Part shown: one piece after another, positions 53,887 to 64,000 of the stretch
How positions within the stretch are numbered: position 1 is the stretch's first letter
How the letters are laid out: every line of letters starts with the position of its first letter
Notes under the pieces: model-generated
What the model was told of the DNA's origin: nothing
The model's database searches: none
Seen by the model: only the letters and a program-made list of their open reading frames with translations
From: Neocallimastix sp. 'constans'
Lineage: Eukaryota
Reading direction: 5' to 3'
Assembly (NCBI GenBank): GCA_050613775.1
Contig: JBODTK010000119.1
Location: 310,001 to 374,000, forward strand
Length of the DNA stretch: 64,000 bases
Position numbers and translations under genes: made by a program

Positions 53887-56800
53887 ATGCAATCATTCCA
53901 ACCTTTAAAAGAAGAAAAAATAATTAAAATTAATCAAGAAAGTATAAACAATGAAGACAATATGGAATTAATAAATGAAAAAGTTTCAATATCAAAAAAA
54001 GAAAAAAAAATAAATCATCTTAATGAAAGAAAAAGAAAAAGAATACCAGTTCAAAATGTAGGCATAATTCAAAATTTAGATGAAAAATATAAAATTCAAG
54101 AAAATGAGTCTTCTTTAGGAAAGTCAATTCTAAAAGAATCAGAAACAAACAATATATCGAAGCCAAAAAAATATTATGATCAAGAAGAGATAAAAAAAAT
54201 TATAAAAGAAAAAAAATTAAGTAGAAAAGCGAGTCAGGAAGAAATGGATCAAGTTGTACCAGAAAAACCAAAAAGCAAATTTTATGATGTTAACGAAGTA
54301 AGAGATTTTATGCGTAAAAGATTAAAGGCACGTGAAGAACAGCATAAAAAAAATATAATCGATAAAGAGAAAAAAAGAATTGAAATAAAAGAGCGTCTTG
54401 AAAAATTAAGAGAATTTCAAAAAAAGCAATTAAATAATAGTAATAATAATAATAAGGAAAAATTAAATAATAATAATGAAACAATTATATCCGAAAAAAA
54501 TAATCAAAAAACAAAAGGAAAAATGCCTTTAATTCAAAAAAATAATTATATCGATACATTATTTTCTAAAAATGAAAATGATATAATTATTATAAATAAG
54601 TTAAATGATGATAATAAAATTACAACAAGCGATACCTTTACCTATCCATCAGATAATTCAAATATATATTCCTCTCTTGATAATTCAGAATATAGAAATA
54701 TACCAACAAAAATGATTGACTATTCTTATGATGAATTATCAAATAATAATCCTAATACAACAAACAATTACTTAAAAAATACTTCAGTAATAAATATTGA
54801 TAATGAGGATTATTCAGTTGAGTCATTACAATCACAAGCTAAACGAATTCAAGAATTAATTAAAAATGCTGAAGTTTTAGCTCAAAAAATTGAACAACAC
54901 ACTACAAAATCTCCAAAATCTAAAGTAAATTCAACTAATAAATCGAATACTTACGAAAGAGAGCTTTTATTAAATAATTATCCCAATTCGTTAAAAGAAA
55001 GTAAGAGTTCTTCTTCTTCATTATCTTATAGTCAAAATTTTATACCATCCAAAAGTTATAGTTTAAATATTAGTAACAATTCAAATATAAATGTTTCAAC
55101 ATCCCCAAAGCAATATAGAAAGTTATTTAGTTATCATGAATCTTCTGCATCAAAATCAATTCCGTCAGAGATAAAAAACATTTCTAATGAAGATTTATTA
55201 TTAAAACAACCCCAATCACCCAAATCTACAACAAATAAATTGAAAGAAAAAGAGCCATACTATCAAACTCAAAATCAAATACATATGGATATATTCATTA
55301 ATAATGGTATATCTGTTGATGATACTAAGGATAAATTTTCTAAAATAATATCAACAGAATTAAACGGAAATACATGGTTATCGGAAAACCAGTTATATAA
55401 CGATTTGGACAGAAGTTTTACCAATTCAGAACATAAAAATAATTTTGAATATAATAATGATTTCACAAACATGTCAAATTATACATCATTAGATGATTCA
55501 AGTCATTCTTCTGATTATTACCATGATCATCTTTCCCATCATTCTTTATCAGGAAAATTAATGAGTGAAGTAAATTATTTAAATTCTTTGGACGAAACAA
55601 ATCGTCATTTAGATGAAATAGAAAATGACAGAAAATCACCAATCGCTGAACAAGAAATGACAACAGTAATTCAAGACTTTGTTATAAAACAAAAAAAACA
55701 CGAAAAAGATATTGAAAATGCCAAAAAATTTAGAGAGAATCAATTAAAAAGTATTGGTATTCATTCATTTTTAGATGATAATGAAAAAAGTGTAATAGTC
55801 GAAAATTCAAGAGATAATACAATAAATAATCCAGAAAACACTGGAAAATCATCTAATAAAAAGGAATCAATTCCTTCTTTATTAATTCAACATGATCAAA
55901 TTATGGAAAAAGATGCAAAGTTAATTAGCAGTCTTGACAATGATTTCATTCATAATGCAAATAAATCCTCAATAAACAAAGAAAATGTTTATTCAGAAAG
56001 AAAAATATCTGATTCAGAAAGTAGTATAGAAAATAGAAGCATTAAAATTAATACAAATAAAGTTCCAAATAAAACTCATATATCTTTTTCAAATGAACAA
56101 AATCAAACTCCAAATGGAAATAAGAATGAATCAGAAATAGAGAAGGATATTGATTTTATTTCTGTTAAAAATCAAGATTCATCGAATATGACAATTAGTC
56201 CAAGGTATAGTTCACCAAAAAGTATTAAGTCAGAAGAAGATTTACGAAGAATTAGTCGCTTCCTTGAAAAAGAAAAATATCCTAATACACAAAGAAGTAG
56301 AAGTAAAAGTCCTAATCCAGGAAATCATTACTATGAAAGTGTGAATCTTTTTGAAAATGAAAATGAAATCGAAAAAGAAAAAGAAAATAATGTTGAACTT
56401 GAAAAACTAAAAATACATGATTTAAATTTAACTAATTCATCATCATTACAAAATATAAATGATAAAATTGAAATTGTTAAATCAAAACTTCTTGACAATC
56501 ATATAGGTAAAAAAGAATATAGATTATCAATTTCTAAAGAAATAGCAGATAATTTATTGAAAAAACGTCAAAAAGCTATCAAATGGGAAGAAAAATTAAA
56601 AAGGGAAGAAAAAGAAATTCATGAAATTTTAAATAAGGCTTTAAGTATACAATCTAAAGACTCAGTAGCTTCAAGTGCTTCCAGTTCTTATTCACTTAAT
56701 AATGATAATGACTATTTAGAAAGTCCATATAGAATAAAAGAAGAAAATAAAAGAAAGTATGGATATGTAAATAGTCCTTTATCTAATGGGCCTCTTAAAG

Positions 56801-59800
56801 CTGAACCAGAAGAAATAGTTTCAGAAAATGAAATTAAAAATGTTAAAGAACAAAAAGATTCCTTCGAGGATTATATGGAAGATGATGGTGAAGATGATGA
56901 AATTATTGATGAAGATTTCAATGATGATAAATATTCGACTTATTTGTCACAAAATAAATATAAAACTGAAGAAAAAATAATTGAAAAAATGATTAATTCA
57001 TCAATTAAAAATGATAATAATTCTACAACACAAGGTATTGAAGAAATTATTGACTCTAAAATAGCAGTAGCATCTCAGTCTAGTTCATATGAACTTAATA
57101 GTTATAATAATGATTTTGAAAATAATATTGAATCAAATTTTAGATCGAACTCTCTTCCAATAACAAATATAAATTCAAATTTAAATTCAAATTTTATAAT
57201 TAAACGTTCAAAATCAGAGAATAGAAAGAATATATATTCAAATATATTAGAAAATGATTTAAAATCAAATGAATTTTCTAATTTTATTATGTATGATGAA
57301 AATAGTTTAAATGAAGAAGAAAATAAATTAAAAGAACGTATTGATTCCTTAAGGATTCAAATTGAAAAACAAAAAGTTATTGCAAAACAGTTATTCCTTG
57401 AAAAGAAAAAACAACGTCAATTAATTCATAAAAAATTATTAGAGAAAGAATCCCACTTTAGAGAACAATTAGAACGTATTAATTTAATTGTAAAAAAGAC
57501 TGAAAATGAGTTAAATGAAATAATGCAAGGAGGATCTGTTGTTGCTACACCTGATGTTTCAATTTTAAAAGATCAAGAAGATCATTTTACTGAATCAACA
57601 GAACAATATTCATCATTAGAATCTAAAGTGGATGAATTAATAAACATGAATGTTAAAAATAATACATTTACCCAATATCAACATTCAGATTCATATGAAA
57701 TAGATCAAGATACTTCAGAATCTTTTTCTAAAGAAAATGATTCATTTAAAAAAGAAGATATTGATAATTATTCTTCTTCCATCAATGAAAATTTACAAAA
57801 TGAAAGTTTAAAGAGTTCTATAAATGAAAACGAAGGTATCAAAGATATTAAAATAAAATTATCAGTTCATCATGATGATGATCAAAATGTTAAAATGAAA
57901 GTTCAAATAGGAAAAGATCAAAGAATAAAAGATGAAATTTCTGAACAAAAAAAGTCAATTCACGCTTCAATTTCTCCCCCAGTATCTAATAAAATGAATG
58001 AAAAAACAGATATTCATTCTGAAACTTCAATTAAAGCAGTGAGCATAGAAAAAAAGGAATTTGTTCCATCAATTAAAGAAGAAATAAATCATGATTATTC
58101 AGTACCATCTGAATCTGAAACTGAATCATCAAAAATATTTATTGAAGGAAATGTAATAGATTCTTCTAAACAAAAAGATAATAATGCAATTAAATCAGAA
58201 ATTTCAATAGAAGAAAATATTGATGAATTTATTATAGCCGAAAACAACCAAATCAATAAAGAATTTACTCAATCCAAAAATAGAATGGCCGCAAAGAGTA
58301 ATGAAAGTAATGAAAGTGAAAAGGTACTTTCAGCTCTAGAAATGGTAGATGTAAACGTCGATGAATCAAACAAAGATATGAGAAATGAAGAAATTCAAAG
58401 TCATTCTGCAGATCTTGTTGAAGAAAAAATAAAAATAGAAAAATCACCTGAAGAAAGAATAAAAATAGAAGAATCTCTTAAAGAAAATATAAAAGTAGAA
58501 GAATCTTCTGAAGAAAGTATAAAAATAGAAGAATTTCTTGAAGAAAGTATAAAAGTAAACGAATCTCTTAAAGAAAGTATAAAAGTAGAAGAACCTCATG
58601 AAAAAAGTAATAAAGCTGAGGAATCTAATGAAGAAAGTAGTAAAATAGAAGAATCTCAAGAAGAATTTATAATAGTAGAAAAGCAGCAATATGATGAGAG
58701 TAAAAGCCAATCAACAAAAGAAAATAGTGAACAACAAGATGATTCTCAAAGTATTAAAGACATTCGCGAAGAACTAAATGAAAATGTTGAAAATGTTGAA
58801 GAAAATATTAAAGAAAACATCGAAGTAAAATCTTTAAAAATAATAAATTTAACTGAATCATCAGAAATTATGAATACGAAACAGAAATTACATATCTCAG
58901 AATCAAAATCAAAGGATATTGGAAATGATAGTGATAATGGATATAATGACGTACTTATAGAAGATCAAATTTCGAATTTATCTTCAAAAATAAATTCTCT
59001 TTCCTCAAACATAGAAGAAAATCAGAAAATTCATGATGATATTGAGAAAAGTATGAGGGAAATTTTAAAGAATAGTATAGAAGAAGAAATTGATGATAAT
59101 ATTGTCATTCAAGAAAAGGATAAATCACTTAATGAATTATCAAAAAAATCAGAAGATATAGTTGAATCGATTAAAAGTCCAAAAAGTATTACTGAAAATG
59201 AAATTAAAAACGATAAATCTGAAGAAATTATGACAGAAAATATTTCAAAGAAATCTGAAAATGAAAATGAAAATGATAAACTTGAGGAAATTCCAATAGA
59301 TGATATTTCAAAGAAATCTGAAAATGAAATTGAAAATGATAAATTTGAGGAAATCCCAACGGAAAATATTTTAGAAAAACCTGAGAATGAAATAAGTGTA
59401 ATTAGTGAGGAAATGAATACTTTGAATAGTAAAGAAAAAGAAACAATGAATGATGAAGATATTGATAAAGCTCTCGCTATATTACAAGAAGCATCCGATA
59501 TTATTAAGAGAGATTGGACTAAACCAGAAGAAATTCAAAAAGAAAAAGAAGAAGAAAGTGAAAAACAAGAAATTATTACAGATATAACACAGCAAATATT
59601 TAATGAATTACTTACTGATACTATGAATAGTAAGTTTATATATATATAATTAATTATTAATTGTTTTATTTATTTATTTATTTATTTATTTTACTTTATT
59701 CAACATTAATATTTTTTATATATTAAAATTTATATATTTAATTTTTTTATTCATAATTTTTAATATAAATTTTATTAACTTTTATTTTAATTCAAATTAT

Positions 59801-60608
59801 TATTATTTATAATGTAGTGGTGGATGAAATTACGGAATTAAAGAATAATCAACAAAAATTATTAAATGAAGAACTTATTGCTCAACCTATTGATGAAAGT
59901 ACTGATACTGATCTTGAAACAGATATAGCTGTAAATGATATTACTGACAGTATGATGGAAGGATTAATTGAAGAAATTTTAAAGGATGTAGAATTAAAAG
60001 AAAAACTTGAAAATGATCTATCAATTAAAGAAAATGGTATATTAAAACCAGAGGATAATACATCACAAAGAATTACGTCAAAAGTTTTCGAAAAAATTGA
60101 TATTGGTACAGTTGATAGAATAGCGACTTCATTCTTAGAAAAGATACCTGAAGCAGATTATATTGAACCACCATTTATTTCTGCTTCAACTTTAAGCATG
60201 TTTGATGAATATCCATTAGATTTTGATGAAAGAATGAGAATTAGAATTATTTTTGATATGGTTAATGAAGCTATAACAGATATATTTAAAAATATTACTT
60301 ACGCATCAAATCCAAATAATTGGTTAAGAGTAAAACAATCTCTTCCACCAAGAGCAATAAAAGCTCAAGAAATTAGAAATAAAGTATTAGAATTATTAAA
60401 TAAATGGACCAAAAATCGTGAAGATTATAATTTAGAACCTCAACCAGTACTTGAATTGCAATTAAAAGAAGAAGAAAAACCATTTGTAGATTATGATGAT
60501 AGAAATATTCAAATTCAAAATCAAGTAACAGAAATGATTTGGAATGATTTATTAGAAGATTCAGTAAATTGGTTAAATAAAATAGAAGAATCAAAAAATA
60601 AAAATTAA
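53887..60608 (+). CDS. CEP350-like centrosomal/basal-body coiled-coil protein; exons 53887-59629, 59818-60608
   Basis: A GTAAGT..TAG intron joins the two ORFs in frame. Blocks FYDVNEVRDFMRKR, LSGKLMSEVNYLNSLDETNRHLDEIE, KKRQKAIKWEEKLKREEKEI, LKERIDSLRIQIEK and C-terminal IQNQVTEMIWNDLLEDSV follow the order of conserved CEP350 segments as I recall them. The gene is certain; the identity needs a search. Confidence 0.75.
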
Positions 60609-61032
60609 TTTAATAATATTATAGTTTTGAATATTTTATAAATTTTATAAAAATCTAATATAAATTATAAAAATATAAATGAAATATATATAAATATAAT
60701 AATAATAATAATAGTAATAGTAATAGTGATGGTAATGAATAGTAATGTATTAATTTATATATAATTATATGATAAGTTATTAGTATTTTTTTGTTTTTGT
60801 TTTTTGTTTTTGTTTTTTTCTATTTTTCTTTTTCGTTCATAAATAATCTTATTTATCTATTTATAATAATAGTATGTAATAATTAACCTAATTTAAAATT
60901 ATATTAAAATATTCAATAATTGTTTATAGTAAAATAATATATATATATATATATAATAGTAATAATAAAAATTAAAAAAAAAAAAAAAAAATTAATAATA
61001 ATAATAATAATAATAATACAAAAAACTATCCA

Positions 61033-61221
<189 letters not shown>

Positions 61222-61334
61222 CCATATTTCAATAAATATTTTTTAAAAAAATTAAAAATAAAATAAAATAAAATAAAATAAAAAATAAAAAATTAAATAA
61301 ATAGTAGATTAATAAATTAAAAATAATTTAATTT

Positions 61335-61374
<40 letters not shown>

Positions 61375-61466
61375 TTGAAATATGAAATAATTTAACAATA
61401 AATTTATATTTAAACGCACAAAAAAAAATTTTTTTTTAACATAATTTTTCTTATTTTTATTAATTT

Positions 61467-61517
<51 letters not shown>

Positions 61518-61916
61518 AAATATAATACATACTTTTTTTTTTTAAATAAATTTAATAAATAATTTTTTTTTTTTGTTTTATTTGTTAAAAAAACAAAAAT
61601 ATAATAATTAATTAAAAAATTATTATTTATACTTTTTTTTTTACTGAAAATAATGATTAAAATCGTTATACTTTTTTTTTTATATTATTAATAATTCATA
61701 TTAATCCTACGAATAAACATATTCACTAAATAAAAAAAAAAAATTTTTTTAATTTTCTTTTTTTTAATATTTATTAAAAATAATAATTCTTAATAATATT
61801 AAAATTAAAAATTAAAACTAATAAAAATAAGATTATATTAAAAAAAAGCTTTCCAAGACCTTAATTCTTTAGTCTTTCTTTTTTTATTTTTTCTTTCTTT
61901 CAGTTACTTTCCTTAC

Positions 61917-62527
61917 TTAAAGAAATAATACAGCAATTAAGGCTAAAGCAATAAGAGTAAACTTACTAACATTACTGGCATGAGTAGAATCGTTAGTAAT
62001 ATCGTTAGTTGGTCTGTAGGAAGTAATAGTTGAAGTAAGGGTAGCAGTAACAGTTGGAAGATTAGAAACTACTCTTTCAGAAGTAGCAGTAATAGTTCTA
62101 GTTGAAGTAGAAGATGTAATAAAAACAGTAGTAGTAACATCATTGGATTTTGTGTAACAACCATCACCATCAATATCAGAATCAGATCCATTGCTACTAC
62201 CACTGGTATTACCATTAGCAACAGCTTCATCCTTTAAACTCTTTTTTTCATGATTCATTCTTTTTTCATTATTAACACCAAGAACAGCTTCCATACCTCT
62301 TTCACCATCTGAATCACTAAGGCAGTCACATTCCTTCTTATTAACACCATTGTCATTGAAGTTTGCTTTTTTTTTTTATAATATTAAATATATATTAATA
62401 TTAATATTTAATTTAATTATCTATATAATATAGCATCTAAAATATTTTATATTATAATACCGTTAACATTAGCAACGAAACAGAAAAAAATAGAAACTAA
62501 TAAGCAGAAGAAAGTGAACTTGTTCAT
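61917..62527 (-). CDS. Small secreted Ser/Thr-rich, probably GPI-anchored surface protein; exons 62527-62461, 62365-61917
   Basis: Signal peptide MNKFTFFCLLVSIFFCFVANVN, GT..AG intron 62460-62366 in frame with the ORF, Thr-rich stalk, hydrophobic C-terminus. Confidence 0.85.
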
Positions 62528-63114
62528 GGTGTTTGTTTGATCCTTAACTTATAAAAAATTTATTTAAATAGATTGAATTTTTTTTTTATTTGATGTATAG
62601 TTGTTTTAATAGTTATTATTTTAGATTTCTTTTTTTTAAATAATAAAGTATTTATTAGTTAAATTAAATTAAAAATAAAACTAATAATAAAAAATAAAAA
62701 TGCTTTAAAAGATATTTTTCTCCTTTTTATATTTTTTTAATAACTGTAATTATTATTCTTAATTTATTGGTATTTTCTTTTTACTAAAAGTATTATACTT
62801 TGTTGTTATTATTAATAATAATAATTTCAAGATTGTTATAATCACACTTTCATAAAAAAGTTAATATTACAATAATAATATATATATTTACAAAAAAAAA
62901 AAAAAAGTCAAATAAACTATATAAATAAATAATATTATAATATTACACATTTAGATATATTAATTGTAATATCAATTAATAAAATAAATAATAAAAAATC
63001 AAATAATAAATTACTAAATGATTATAATAGATAAATTATAAATAATAATAATAATATAGTCTAAATTTAATATACAATCATTTAAAAGTTAGTATGTAAT
63101 AATTAATAATTAGT

Positions 63115-63270
63115 TTTTTATTATAATTTATCTTAAAAAAAAAGTCAAAAAATAAGATTTCTGTATGAAGAAAATAATTATATATATTTAATTTTTTATT
63201 ATAATTTATCTTAAAAAAAAAGTCAAAAAATAAGATTTCTATATGAAGAAAATAATTATATATATTTAAG
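63115..63270. repeat. Tandem duplication of ~80 bp
   Basis: TTATAATTTATCTTAAAAAAAAAGTCAAAAAATAAGATTTCT.TATGAAG occurs twice. Confidence 0.9.
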
Positions 63271-63754
63271 TCAAATTATGAATTAATAAACAATTAATAA
63301 ATAATAGATAATAATAATAAAAATAATAGTATTAATAATAATAGTAGTATTAATAATAATAAAAGCTTAAATTTAATATAAAAAATCTGGAAGTAATAAT
63401 TTTTTATTGAATTTTATCTTTTATAAGTCACCATAAATTATTATAATATTTCAATATGAAGAAATAATAAAAAATACAGAAAGCACAGTTAAGTTTAAAA
63501 TTTTTAATAAATTAAATAATTATTAATAAAAAAAATGAAATAAGAAAAAATTATTATACAAAACTTTATAATCACAGATAATATTTATATCTATTTATGA
63601 TTATAAATTTTAATCATAAAATAAAATTCCAAATGAATTGGTTAAAAAAAAAATAAATTTTAAAAAATTAAATGAAATAATATTAATAATAAAAATAGAA
63701 AGTTTAATAATTATATTAAATGAACACATTTATATAATTTTAATTGAATATTAA

Positions 63755-63994
63755 TCTTTTATAGATTTAATTTCTATCAAAAGATTATTATTTTTTTTTT
63801 TCTTATTATAATGTTAATATTACAATAATTTTTATTATTAATAATAATAAGATACAATAACGCAACACTATATTCTTTTATAGATTTAATTTCTATCAAA
63901 AGATTATTATTTTTTTTTTCTTATTATAATGTTAATATTACAATAATTTTTATTATTAATAATAATAAGATACAATAACGCAACACTATATTCT
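63755..63994. repeat. Tandem duplication of ~118 bp
   Basis: TCTTTTATAGATTTAATTTCTATCAAAAG...GATACAATAACGCAACACTATAT occurs twice. Confidence 0.92.
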
Positions 63995-64000
63995 GAAAAC

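Overview
Extremely AT-rich eukaryotic DNA with GT-AG introns, poly(A/T) and (TAA)n tracts. Fungal dockerin (CBM10) domains, a GH115, a pyruvate formate-lyase relic and a centriolar CEP350-like gene together point to an anaerobic gut fungus (Neocallimastigomycota; inference). The left ~16 kb is a decayed accessory region. It holds a broken, intronless, unusually compact RNA polymerase largest-subunit (beta'/RPB1-type) gene that looks viral or plasmid-like rather than host Pol I/II/III, a PI-PLC/ricin-B/dockerin pseudogene, two orphan ORFs sharing a homologous upstream region with a micro-inversion, a LINE remnant and a GH115-dockerin pseudogene. A foldback/hairpin-rich stretch follows, with a poly(A)-tailed, TSD-flanked GC-rich retroposed insert. 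The rest holds a spliced GPI-type CE4 deacetylase, an intronless bacterial-type DUF6544-like gene, an internally deleted PFL pseudogene, an ankyrin-repeat gene, a CBM48 protein ending in CCC, copia and gypsy remnants, a CEP350-like gene and a small GPI-anchored Ser/Thr-rich gene. All calls come from manual motif reading; no searches were run.
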